From assembly GCA_026914245.1 (NCBI GenBank), contig CP110440.1, forward strand, positions 4,464,001 to 4,528,000: 64,000 nt of DNA. Direction: 5' to 3'. Shown in pieces: positions 25,094 through 38,442 of this stretch. The DNA is from Puccinia triticina (taxonomy: Eukaryota). The notes beneath the pieces are model-generated. The model was not told where the DNA came from. It ran no database searches and was given only the letters and a program-made list of their open reading frames with translations. Made by a program: the position numbers and the translations under genes. Position 1 is the stretch's first letter; the number at the start of each line of letters is the position of its first letter.

Positions 25094-26982
25094 ATGAAAC
25101 AGCGTGGACCCAGGTTCGATATCTTCGCCGGTCCCTCGTTGGATGAGCTGTCGAGAGTCAAGGTCAACGCGGATCGGTCAGGCCCATTGCCGATCAAAAC
25201 AAAAAGCTTTGAAGGTGTGTAGAGTAATCTCAATCCTCTCAGTAGCTCAAGAGGACTGATCAGCCTACATTATATCTACCCCAAGGTAACTTGACGGTTC
25301 GGTACGTTACCTCGGCAGGTTAAGCCAACACTCACACAACTATCGCCGGGCACGGGATTCTTCTGATGTTTAATGTCTGCTTCATTTGGGGTCCATAGGA
25401 TGAAAGACTTTGCTGACTACAATGGAGATATCTACCGTGACACCGAGACCAATTATTTTGCCAATTGGACTGATGTAACCTGGAGTATCCAAGTTCAAGG
25501 TCCGGGTTGTCTCTCTGAATCATCAAGATACGTGAATATAGTTTTCCCAAGGAAGCTACAAAGCTGATCATTTGAACTTGCACCTAAACCGGCGAATTTG
25601 AAACATGCCCATCCGGAAATATAGGCCGATTCCTTCAGCCGACCAGTGCCGATGATTGCGTGTTTGGGAACACTTTTGACAAGCCTATTCGGGACCGTCT
25701 ACCGTTCGGGACTGGTGCTGCCTTGAAGGCTATCTCTTACATTGATCCCTCATTGGAGGTCAGCTTAACCACCATTTCTGCTTGCTATCGATGATACTTA
25801 TTTACATTTCATGTGATTTTTTTCTATTGGATTCGACAGAATGATCTTTACGCCGATAAACCATGGGCTTGGTGAGTCATTCTTGCACCGTTCAGGAATC
25901 AGCTGCCTTTAATCCATCGGAATTGCTTTGTTTTCATCAGGTCTCCACTGCTTGCAACCATGAACTACATCCGCACTGAGTCAGTATCAAATACCTAGAT
26001 CCTAGACTATCTTCCCCAGAATATCATTTGGAAACTCAACTAAATTGTTCACAATTCTCAAGACGCCTTGAGGCCGACGACAGCCCGTTGCCGCCATGGG
26101 AGGTTGCTACTAGGCCAGTCGAGGATTGCAGCAGTCTGTTGGAAGGAAACCCAACAAACATTTCCAAACCTCATCTCCGGAGAAAATTCTTCTCTTCAGC
26201 TGTCAATCGAAAAGCTCTTACGCTGGGGCCTAGGGTGAATATATCTCAAACATATTTTTACCTTGTTTTACGAATCCCTGACAAGTGTAACTTATCATTT
26301 TTCCGTTGGTCATCATGCATAGGATTTTGTGAGTTCTTTTCTATCATCGTTTTATTATATGACATTGTTCTAGTAGCATCAAGCCACACGAGCCAAATGC
26401 GGGGTTCTATTTTTTGACTTGTGCTCGATTATCGGTCGTGTTTTTGCAAACGACTAGATCAACGCCGAATTTGCCAATGGATTCATTGATTTCTCCACCT
26501 TGGCCCTCAACGTGCCAGTTGTTAATGTGTCTTTCAAGTAGGCAACTTTCAGTGAGGTAACGATGATGATAAATCGTTGATCAAATGCACTTAAACACAA
26601 CAGGTTAGACAAACTTTGGGATGGACAACCGGTTAGATACGTCTGTCAATCTCGTCAGACAGGAGAAACATATTTTGTGGTCGTATTCCAAATTTCCGAG
26701 TTGGATGCAGAAAATAAATTGGAGGAAGATGATGAAGACGAGGATGCTGAGGTATGCAATTAGTCGGCTCGCTTTGAACGATGTTGCTGACTTTGAGATA
26801 CATGTCGCTTTCTCTTCGCTGACAACCTGCTCACATGTTGATGCCTGTTCATTCTCGTGTCTCGAATACAGCAAACGCCGGAGCAAAGTGAGGTTGCCAG
26901 TCGTCGAGCCACGCGGGGAAATTCAGCTGCGATGAGACCCCCAGACGATTTGATCTCTGTAGACGAATGGGGAGTTGACTGA
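25094..26982 (+). CDS. DUF1769-family protein, multi-exon
   Basis: GT-AG bounded exons translate to TWSIQVQG, FGNTFDKPIRDRLPFG, IDPSLE/NDLYADKPWA, FANGFIDF, LWDGQPVRYVC and YFVVVF, typical of fungal DUF1769. The start and one small exon are uncertain. Confidence 0.8.
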
Positions 26983-29900
26983 AAAAAGCACAGTGAACAA
27001 GAGAGGGTCTAACTTCAATTACCACGGTACGACTTTTCTGCAGCTCTCATCATCTTATCAGCCAATCACACTAACATCCCCCATTATTTCCTGTGTGTTA
27101 CCGAATACGAATTCATATTTTTGCGTTGATTCAGATCACCCATAGAACTTAGAAGCTAGCAAAGTAGTAACATTTACCCTTATTTTGCTTTGAAAATACG
27201 TGCCAGACTCCGATAGACCTAATCTAGATAGCAGGGTGTAGACTTCATTTGAAGCATCAATAAAATTGACGCAGTGTAGCACAAGGAGATAATACATGTA
27301 GTACAACATATTTGTTTTATTTCGCTTCGACGTGTATCATACTTCTGAACATAATTCCTAATATTTATCCGGATATTTGAAGGTTTGAAAGAGCAGGGAG
27401 AGTCTCAAAGGATTCCATAAATTGAGATAGCCTTTGTAAGCCAAGATCTAACTGATCCGCAGGGACAGTGAATGTCAATCTAAAGAAACCTGGTTTAGGA
27501 TAATGATACACATTTCCCGGTGCCTATGTCACAACGATCATATGACAAAATTGAAGGAAGTAGTAACACACATCAAAAATCTATTTGAATTATTTTGGAA
27601 TTGTGACAAGAAAATAAGTTGATTGAACTTACGAGGTAGGTTTTATACTCAGTTAGTAAAGTTGTGAATAGCTTTTCTTCTTGTATTATTGCACTCTCCT
27701 CTGATTGTTGATCTTTGTTGTTGGTGTCGGGTGGGTTCCTCAAATACCTTGATAGATCTATCATCTTTTTTTGGCGTTAGCATGTTTATTTAGCATTTCC
27801 AAGTCAGTCCCTTAACCGGATTATTGATATTGGAGAGTTAGATCAACTCAACTAAGAAAAACCCGCCATTTGATGGTTTGTTATATTTGATCTTTAATTT
27901 GTTGAGCCTGTCAGTGACCGTCTGATAAGCTTGTTGCAATCGCCTTTTCTATTAAAGTGATTTTGTTACAAAGAAAAAGAAGGTATGGTTAATAATAATC
28001 TTCCGATAGTGATAGAAAGTCATCTTCCATCATCTTGTGGAATTGAACAAACATCCACAAGAAAAACATACATTTTCGATTACATAAGAATCTAGAAAAT
28101 CTTGGTGACCATGGCTACCACTACTGTCTAAAATTAAGCTTGCAAAACTGAATTCTGTGAGAGAGGAAACCTGCACTTGGTTCAGATTCAAGTCCGTGAT
28201 CAGTTGAAGCAAGCTGGGATTATTTTGACTGATCAAAATGCCTGCTCTGATTTTCGAATGATTGAATTTTAAATGCAATATTAGTATTGGTCAACTCTAG
28301 AAGCTGAGTAAATGGTCTTCAGTTGGAGGGAGAAGTGGCAAAGAGTAACCCTCATGCTTACCGTAAACCACAACAACCGAAGTCTGTTATAGCGTTTTTT
28401 ATACATATTAGTGCGCCAGTTCATCAGTATTTCATCAGATCATGTTGAAGAAAATTCAGAAATTTCGAGAATTAACTTCGGTCAGCCCATGTCAAAGAGG
28501 CATGGGCAGTCAAGATAAGTATGGCAGAGATTATTCTGGTAGGACTGGCCTTTACTGATCCCGTACACTGACAAAACGAGTCAAAACAACCAGCCCCAGA
28601 AGAGTAAAAAAAACATGCAATTGCATGTGTTAGTCTGTTTCTGGGCATGAGGTTATATTAGATTCACTCACAAACATGAACTCTACTTGGTTCAAAACTG
28701 AACCGCTGATGATCTAATGATAGAGTGGAAATGAATTTGTTGGGTGTTGTTTGAGTTCCAGGAGGATCATTTGTTGTTGGTCCTTGCTCGAAGACCGATA
28801 AGCCGTAGATTTCGTCAACTATTCTACGAAATTGTAAAACTGTTGGGTCAAAATAGGCAGATCCTATCGTATATTTCTGTTTTTCTGTGTGCATTTTTCA
28901 AAGAAATAATGATGCATCGTTCACCACTGACAGATGATGGTTGTTAGCTTCACAGAACCGGATGTACGTTGATAATACCTCTTCTTGAACGTAATAGCCT
29001 ATCCGTAAATCGATCAGAAATGGTAAGGGCGCTATATCTGTTTATCAAAAAAAAGTATTATAGCAGTTTGAATGATACTTACCCATTGGGTTGTGTGGGT
29101 TACATAGGATCACGGCTTTCACCCCATCAGGTTGGCCATGATGATTCAGATACGCTTTTTCCAAGGCTTTTGAAACAGACGAAGGATCTAGGGGCTTTTG
29201 ATGATCCACGTTTGAAAGATCAGTCGTTGTGGAAGCACATCCTATGTATGTGTACGAACATCGTCTATTTCGAAGCCGATCAGATGGACGCCTTGCTTGA
29301 CCAGATGATTGAACCCTGAGTAGTACGGCTATTGCAAAAGTGAAACAAGACCACTAGTTATTTCTCAAACCCTTCAAGAGCTTGGTCTTTCTCTAACACA
29401 TTCGAATTGAGGATCAATTCACCTTTGAAATTAAGACTACATCACCCTCATCACATACCACATACATCAATTGAGACAACATTGCAGTCACTCCCGAGGC
29501 GCCAATCAAATGGTTCGGCCTAAGCATAATTGATATGTAAAGAATGATCAATCAAAATGTGAGTAGGCTTGAACTTTGACCTTCCTCTGGAGCAGTGGAA
29601 CAGAGAAAAGGCCGGGAAAGACGATAGATAAAGAAATTCCGCATACTTGACAGTCATGGCCGGATTAAAATATTTATTCAGAATATGGCACATCGCTTCT
29701 TTGAATGAACTTGAACCCCCCAAGGACTGATAATTTAGATGCCGGGATTCGAAACGAGATATGTTTTCTTTCAATTTCTTTGATTTTGGAATGGTAGTTT
29801 GAGATGCAAAAGTAATCAGCTCCATGGACTATCCACTTGAAAAGAACGTTGGGACCAAATTAATGGGGATTTTTGTCTCAAATACTGAGGATGATGACAC

Positions 29901-30634
29901 TCAACTTGGACTAAGAATTCTTGCATCAATGAGTTTTCGGCTACTCCCAGGTTGATCACACCTTAATCACAACAAAATAAAGCTTGGAGAAGTCAGCCCT
30001 CAATGGATAATTCAGTCGGCGGATTTCAAAAAGACTAATTGAAAGACATGGACAGACCATGGGGATTTTGATCAGCGGAGTAAAGGTCCTTCCAAGCCTC
30101 AGCGATCGCCTGCGCGGTAAGATTGGGCTGACCGGATAGTTGCTTGGACGATCGTAGACTAAGGCTCGGAGGGGTCATTCGAACGGTTTGTTCTACAACA
30201 GGGATGCCTTCACAGATTTCTCGATGTAGCAATTGAATATGGCAATCCTCGTTGGAACCCCCCTCTGCAGATTGTCTCTCACAGTCATCCCCAAGTACAA
30301 ATGATAAACATGCTTCTTTGGACTTACCCACAAGGCTTGCGCGAATGTAGCCAAAGAAATTCGGAATTAAATTCATTGTAACTTTGACAACCAGATGGAA
30401 AAAAAGAACGACAAAAAAAAAGCAGAGAAAGTATGTAATAATCCCACACATCTTGATTAAGATAAATGATTAGCAGTGCATGTAACTAGGATACGTGATT
30501 AGCAGTGAAGACACAATTGTAAAATGCAATGATCAAACGGAGTGACAACAGAGACGAATGACACAGGGAGTAACCCAAACAATTACAAGTATGAAGGCCG
30601 AAGGACGGGCAGATCTTGTCCTAGATGGAAGGAC

Positions 30635-33441
30635 TAAGGATGCCACCCGGACCCGGGAGATCCGGCACTACCCGGTCGGGTATCGGGTCGGGTCGGGTGT
30701 CGGGAGGGCTCTGCGCACATCCGGCATCCGGCCGGGTATTGAGTAGATCCAGCTGGCCTGGAAGCAAGGTCAACTTAGGGGTACCATTTTTGCATTTTTC
30801 ACTGAGATTGATTGCAAGCTATGTATTGATTGTTATGAAAGGTATGTATGAGCTGTGTTACATAAGAAAGAAACAAGTGGAAAATAGGCAATGTGGCCGT
30901 AACTTGTAAGAGAAAAAATTAAAACAGAAAGATACAACAACTAAGATGATATGATGGCATCAACATCGACAATGCTGTGTTTCACCCAATCTTTTAAGCA
31001 TATGAGGGACTCTAAGGTGTTGAGTGACATGCGGTTACGAATGTATGATTGGATGTGTCGGCCTGCGGAGAATGCTTGTTCGCACGGAGCACTTGAAGCA
31101 GGCACGGCCAGGAATGTTCGGACCATGTTTGAGAGAGTTGGAAAAGTTTCGGAGTTGGCCTTCCAAAACTGTAATGGTTGACAAGATTTGTCTTCGCACT
31201 CGGAACTGAGGTACACATCTATTTCCTCCTGCAATGAAGGCCCTTTTTGCTTCTTTTTTTTGAAGAGACTAGCGCTGATGTTTTTTCGGGATGAAGTTGC
31301 TGCAGGTTTGGGTTCAGAAGTTGTGTACTTGCTCACTAGGAATTTCTCAGCTTCATTCTTGAAGATTTCCAAGATTTCAAACTTTGTAAGGTTCATCAAG
31401 TCAAGTACCTCAGGAGTGAGTTGACTAGCTTTCACTCGAGGATCGAGTAGAGTCGCACAGAGATATGCAGGCTTTTGAATGGCCTCATCGAAGTACTCCT
31501 TCAGTTTGGAAATCATCACCTCGGTGGCTGGAATCAGTTCCTGCGCTCCGTATTGCTTTTGAACCTGGAATGGAAATACAACCACACGGATCAGCTTGAT
31601 AATTGAGAGTCACAGGTATTATTCGGTATTTTTTTACTTACTGCAACAAGATTTTCAATCAACCAGATGTAAACTGGTGCAGCAAACGCTAATGAAACCT
31701 GTTTGTGCGGCGAGATCGTATCGGTTGCTTCATTAAGTGGTTCCAAAAAAGCACAAATCTGTTGAACTTTAAGCCATTTGTCAGGTTTGAGATTGTACCG
31801 TTGAGTCAAATTGTGATTTTCACAAAATGCTTTGATGCAGGGTCGAAGTTGGATCGCTCTTTCAAGCATGGAATAAGTAGAATTCCATCGTGTACTAACA
31901 TCGGCTATCATCGTCAGGTTTTCGAAAGGAGAGCCTTTGTAATTTCTTGAAAGGCAGCTGACTTTTGGGGAGAGCGCTTCAAGAAGGATATGAAACCACT
32001 AATACGAGAAAGTGAGCTGGATACATCCACTTGAGGTGGAGGATCATTCAGGATAGCCGAAAGACCCTGATTCTGAGTTTGTTTCGGAGTGGACAACAAG
32101 CTGTTGAAGGACTTGATGCCTGCTTGGGCAGCCAGATTGATGACATGTGCCATGCAACCAAGTCTACAGGTGTAACTGTCAAATCGAATCAAAGTCGAGA
32201 GATGTGAAGCCATTGTAATGTTGTTGGATGCGCTATTGGTCGTGATACAGAAGATGTGATCTTCAATCTTGAACAACTTCAGAATCTCAACCATGTGCTC
32301 CGCCAGATTAACTCCAGTGTGACTACCTTCGAGAAGCTTGGCAGCAAGTACCATGGATTTGAGCTCGAAATCAGTGGTGATCCAATGGGCAGTAACACCC
32401 AGGACAGATAGATTGTTTGGAGAAGTCCAGACATCACATGTTAAGCTTATTTTTGATTTGCTTGACTGAAATTGGTTTACAAGAGCCTGTTGACCTTGTT
32501 GAAAGGATTTCCGGATAAACGACGCCAGAGTCTCTCTCCCACAAAGAAGAGATTTTGTTGCCGGGTTACAGAGTTTCAGAAGCTCGCCAAAATCTTCGTG
32601 ATCAACAACCTGGTATGGAATGTTGCTGGTGATGAAAAACCGAGCAACAGCACAAGTCAAAGTTTCGCGGGTAAGTTTCTTTGGCGCCGTCGATTTTCCA
32701 CTTTTGACAAAAGCCGCCAGAGCGCCGATGTTACGAGATTTTCCGTCACCGTGTATGCCGTGGCAGCTTGCCAAGTGATTTATCATACTTTTGGTGGATC
32801 GCTTTTTGTCAACAGAAAGCTTCTTGAGACAAAGAACCGTCCCTCCAGGAACACGGCTTGCTTGACAAATATTCGAGGTCCTTCCGCTGACAGTTTCAGT
32901 TTTGAAATACTGCCAAACCCAGCTTTTTCTAGCCATCTCTTGACTATGGGAATCTGTAGCCTCTGAGTCTGGAGGGTTTACTTCGATTTCTGGATCGGAT
33001 GAGGATGAATCAACATCAATAGCTGTTCTCTTTGAGCGGGGCATTTTTGAGTTTGCAGAAATTTCAAGCCGTAATAAGATTAGAGAATTCGTGGGCAGAC
33101 TGAGGATTCAGGAGTTGAGATCAAGTCCTCTCTTTCTATTATTGCAGACAGTTATTTGAATCTGAATCAATAGAGGTCTCCGAACATAAATATGTACAAT
33201 TCTCATGACAGCGTAACATGGTAGAACTAGACAGTAACCTTGGCCAGATTCCCCTGGTTTATAATCATCTTGGGAAGATCAGACCTTGCCGACCGATGTC
33301 TGACACTTAATTTCGTGCTAGGGATTGATTTTCTCACTAAAAGGTCAAGATCCGGCCGATACCCGGCGTCGGGGCCGGATTTGCCGGGTTCGGATGTCGG
33401 ACTAGCTCTACCCGGTACCGAAGCGCCGGGTGGCATCCTTA
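30635..33441 (-). mobile_element. Full-length hAT DNA transposon
   Basis: 16-bp TIR TAAGGATGCCACCCGG; perfect 8-bp TSD GGAAGGAC (30627-30634, 33442-33449). Confidence 0.96.
30941..33044 (-). pseudogene. hAT transposase with BED-like finger; one frameshift, one intron
   Basis: KSWVWQYF, TCDVWTS, CMAHVINL, DVSTRWNST, LDPR, SSAPCEQAFS. Frameshift in an A-run at ~31920; intron at ~31565-31641. Confidence 0.9.
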
Positions 33442-33621
33442 GGAAGGACAGTCGGATCGTCCTTGTCGAATCGCTCCTTGAACCGCGCCACCATATAACC
33501 AGCCCTGCCTTCCTACGACTCGCCCTACAATCGGTTCCATCTTACTTTCGCCTCGCCCTCCAATCGCTGCCGTGTAGCCATTCCACCAACTCTCTCCCTG
33601 CACGCTGTAATGTATCATCCA

Positions 33622-36598
33622 TTACCTGATTTGCTTCCTCGGAGCCAGCATATTGGCATTCTCGAGCATCCCCACGAGCTCGAAAAGACGTTCTTTAAAT
33701 AGAATCATAGATAGCTCGTCCGAATTACCGATGAACGCTTTTGAGTGCGCCTTGGCTTTCAGCAGCCCATCGATCCGCTTCAGCGCCGCCCAGCCAACCT
33801 CTGCGAGCTCACAAACCAACACAGCCATCTCCGCACCATTGAGTCCAGAAGTGTCCGCAACACCTGGGAACGAGGATGCCATTGTGTGACAGATTCCTGG
33901 GACACGTTCTTCAACCATTCGCAAAAGGGAGTAGCACACGAGCTGAAACTCATGCATCCGTGACGTCGAGGATCGTTTGGCCATCTCCTTGCGGTCCATT
34001 TTTTTCTTGAGGACTTCTTTCACCCGGTCGAAGGCAACGGTGGCGGACTTGAGTGAGTTCTTGATTCTGCCATCGCGGGTCAGCGGTTCGATGAGCAATA
34101 CTGATGTGGCAATAGATGAGCTGGGTTGATTGTCTGGGATTCTGCTAGGCTCGATGTATGGGGTTCTGGAAGCATCCGAGAGTAGTCCCGGGTGGGCGGT
34201 GGCAAACTCAGCACAAGGCATCCGGTCTACGCAGACTCTCTTGGGAAAGCCAGTGTTGCGGGGCGAGAACGCCTCGTCGTTGGATCGTTTGGGGGCGGCG
34301 GCTTTGGACAAGGTCGAGCTGCTAAGGACCTCTACCTCTGAGTCACTGTCGACGGAGATAGGAGGGTGGCGCTGTTGGGTAATCGGGGCCTTCTCCACAA
34401 CCAGTAACTTGTACTCCCGCGCCAGGTAGTACATGTGTTTACACGCACTACCGTGGCGAGTGAAGTGGGGACAGTCGCAGCGAATCAGCCGCCCCTCGGC
34501 AACACCAGTTGGCTGCTCAAAACCGACCCGGTATACATGTAAAGACGGGGTCGAGAAACTACCAATTGTGAACTGCCAAATCATGTTAACTAGTTGATAC
34601 GCAGATGAGGCCATAGAAAATAAATACTCACATGGTTTGCGAACCTGCACACCTTAGCTCCAATTAGCTCCAAGTAGCCTTTGGCAATAGCGTCTGCGCG
34701 GCGCTTCGCCTTCTGTTGAAGTCGGTTAGTAGTTTGCTTGACAAATCCGGTGTTCACCTGGCATGTTTTTCGACTGTATTTGGGCTCCACAACCTCACAG
34801 AATATCTGTATCACTTCGTCGATTCGAAGTCGTGTAGATGGCTTGAGGTATCGGGACTTGAGGACGTTATGCCATGCTTCGACATAATTATTGGTGTCGA
34901 TACCTTGGTATGCGGTCTTTCCGGCAAAACAAAGATGTGAGTATGGAAAGTTGTTTCAGGTGGAGAGACTTGAGGTACTTACTGTTCGGTAAAACTTGGA
35001 CCAATGCTGGATGTGCGTGTACCATTGCGAGTCGACATAATCTGCGAATGCCGGCCGTACTTGCCTCCACTTACTGAGGAAGATCATCATTCGGCTATCT
35101 GGATATGTGCTAGAATACAGTACTTGTTGGAAATCCTCCACAGCCTCAAGCGATTGCCTTCCCAAGTAGACCAGCGCTTTGGCCTTGACGGCCTTGATGA
35201 CGTGGAAGACGCACCAGAAATGTAGCGGTGCTTGATCCATCAGGTACTCAAACGATAACGAGACTGCAGTCTTGATTGCCTGAGCGCAGTCACTCATGAT
35301 AGAATGGGGGATCAGCCCAGAGGACCGATGCAGCCAGGTGAGAATCTGTTCAATTGGCTCGCTGACAGGTCAAATGGCGAGTCAGATACATATTCAGAGC
35401 GTACAAGTGATTGGCTGAGAAAGTGGCTTACATCGCAAGGGAGCCTGTAAAGGCCCAGCATACAGGAAGACCCATGCCCGTCACCGCGTTTCGGATCATT
35501 ACTGTGTACAAGCTTGCCTTCCGGCCTTGCGACAGGAAGCAATTGTTGACAGTGTTGTGTGTTGCGTCAACCAAGAGCATTGTCGTACCGTGCGCCAGCA
35601 TCATCTTCCGTTGCCAGGGTGATTGGATGCAAAACAAGAACACCTCCGAATCGGCGATAACCGGAGCAAAGGTATGCCACCCAAGACTTTTCAGGTGAAC
35701 TTCCCAGAGGGACAGTGATTTGAAAACATCATGATCCTTCCGAGCATCGTTAGGCCTACGTGTTTTGATCAGGTGGCGGACAAGGTCAGCGGTGACACCA
35801 TTGGCCTCTGGGACAGCCGCACCGGTCTCGCAGAGCTAGTTTTTTGGGTCAGGTACCACTGATCAGGATGGGCATATACCTTGCATAATGATGACAATAG
35901 GCACTTACATCATCCAGGTCTTGCGACAAAAGTAAGTCTTGAATCTTATCCCACCCAAGTCCTGAGTCGACTCGGTCGCAAGCCCAGTCGTAGACAGCCT
36001 TTGAGATCCGAGTGTGCTTCATATCGTCAGCGGTGTTGAGCTGATGAGAGTGCCTCCAGAACCACTCAACCCGTAGCGTATCAGTGGCAAGGTGCAGCGA
36101 GATGTTGAACTTTGCCTCGCAGCCGCATTTCCGTCCGGATTCGGCTTTGCAAGAATTGAGTGGAGCTACGTGGTGACCTTTTCGGGGGCAAATATAGAAA
36201 AGTTTCCACTTATACGTCGGGGGTCGACCTGCGTTTGACTTCTTTTCTCCTGGGACTTTTGGGGGTATGCAATTCTCCAATGTCCATCGGACAGTGGCCT
36301 GCATGGCAACAGCGAAGGCAAAAGCGTCCACCATGGTGCGGCCGGGTATTGTAAAGCAGTACGGATGTGTATCAAATGCCGGGGGGGCACCGCCGAGCCA
36401 TCGGACCATTCGAAGGGTGCAGGGTGGCAATTTGATGCCATGGGGGACAAGAACTTCTTGTGTAGTTGGCTCGGGGACAACATCTTCAATGTTGGGGATC
36501 ATGGGATAGGCATTGTCCAACGGTTTTGCGGACCTGGGGACCATTGTCTGGCTTTGTATGTTGGATTGTCTCATCAATGAGTTTGTGATCTGACTCAT
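33622..36598 (-). CDS. Mutator (MULE) transposase with WRKY-like and SWIM zinc fingers, multi-exon
   Basis: CGCEAKF...HSH, LVDATHN, MSDCAQA, WCVFH, TNNYVEAWHNVLK, CDCPHF...CKH. TIRs were not located. Confidence 0.85.
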
Positions 36599-37533
36599 GC
36601 ACGGGCTGATAAAAGTTTGGGGATCAGATGAATTTGAGAGAGAAGCAAAGAGTTAGTGGTGTTACTAAGCACGCGGACTGGTAAAATTTGGGGATGGGAT
36701 GGGGGTTGGGCTTACTGGTCTTATTGGGTGGGCGGACCGGGATCTTGTGGATGAGGTTGAATGGATTAAGATGAGCAGGCTTGTTAAGTCGCAGTCTCGA
36801 GTAAGTTGAGAATAGAGAGGCCAGGCGGCAGAGGGGGGGTTCAATGAAGATATGTAGAAGGTTGGAAGTGGGTGCAGTCGATGCTGTGACCAAATCACTA
36901 GGTGTTTATCTCAAGGTAAGTTTTGGCCTGCAAGGGTTGAAGGGAAAACTGTGATTGGTGCAAATTCAACAAGATTTGGTGAATGTTGATGACCTGATGC
37001 AAAGATAACAAAACTAAATATGTGATGCTTCGAGCTTGAAATGCAATTTGTTGTTTATAAGTGAGGCCAAATATGAATACCAAGAATTAGGAAAAAATTA
37101 GGATGGCACCGGGCCAAGAGCAATGTGAGTATCTGGTGGGGGAAGGATCCGTTGAGGATGCCGTCCCTTATATGGGGCTCTCACTTTTGTGGCCCTCCAT
37201 GGGGAGACTTGACTTCACACTTTACGAGCTTGGCAGCGCGGGCGGATATGCGCGGCTGGGTGATGTGGTTGTGATGCTCATCGTAACACCTCCAAACAGG
37301 AGATCCCCTTTAATTAAGCTTTGCGGTTTAGTATGTAAAACTTGTTTTTTTCTTAGTTCCGGTAGCTATAGGGGTGCTCCGATTTGGGAATTACTTTGGG
37401 TTTATTCGCGGCACCCCCACAAGGCTCCACCAGGGCATCTGCGGATATTTAGCGGCCAAACTGTTGGCGGTACATACCATTTGCTCTCAATCAAGTCCAG
37501 CAGTCTGATTCAAGAAGCCGAAGTCTGATGAGA

Positions 37534-38442
37534 CAAACTTAACGCAGTCCCTCCTGCGGGACTTACCCGCAAGCGGTGATCTTTGGCACAGGAGGAACGT
37601 GATTTTTTGAGAAAATCACACTTTTGTTAGTAATCTCACAATTTCTCCCTCATCTTACCAATTTATTTCTCCTTATTTTCAGTACATGAAAGCTCTGCAT
37701 GTTGCGGAGGGGACTGCTGTAAGGGTTGAATCCCTTGAGCTGGAGACAGAGGAGCAATGGCACGGGCGCAGAGGAGGAGTTCTAGGACCAACCTCAGGGG
37801 GCTTTGATTGCTAGAACTGGCTCAGAGAGACTGCATGTCAGTTCTCTGCTGAGCCAAGGAAGGAGGAGGAACGGGCTATCTACAAGTCTGTCACAGGGCA
37901 GGTGTCCATTGGTGACACCTTGTGAACCCCAGAGGAGGAGGGGGGTTTACAACTGCCTTTTTAAAAGTCCCATTATCTGCTTTCTTCATTGTGTAATCAA
38001 AGCAACAAACCATCCAACTTCCTCCTGAGGGGGAGGAGTGAGTAACTCAATAAACTGCCCCAATATCTTTTTTCCTTTCAGAGTTAGACAGCCACCTGAC
38101 ATATCATGTTCAGTAGCCTATACTGATCTCAGCTTTGTTGTGTCAGTGAGTTCGTGAGAATATGGCATTGCAGTATCTTAGAGTGAGTCTGTGCATGTTT
38201 GCCTTTGGAGCACCCGGACTAACAGGAATGTAGAGCTGAGGGAATAAGGATAAGATGAAGATGAAGCCATGCTTCCTCTCTATCTTTTGGTGTAACATAC
38301 CATGCAAAAAAACCATGACATGAGGGTATAGATACTGATGCAAAAAAAAACCATTCATCAAGCCTCAAATTTGTTCCCTGCCATGCAAACTTTCACCGCT
38401 TAGGTGTGAGTCCCTCCTGCGGAGGGCCCTTTGCTAAGTTTG
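37534..38442. mobile_element. Non-autonomous DNA transposon with CAAACTTA termini and 9-bp TSD
   Basis: CAAACTTAAC...GCTAAGTTTG; TSD CTGATGAGA at 37525-37533 and 38443-38451. Confidence 0.88.
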
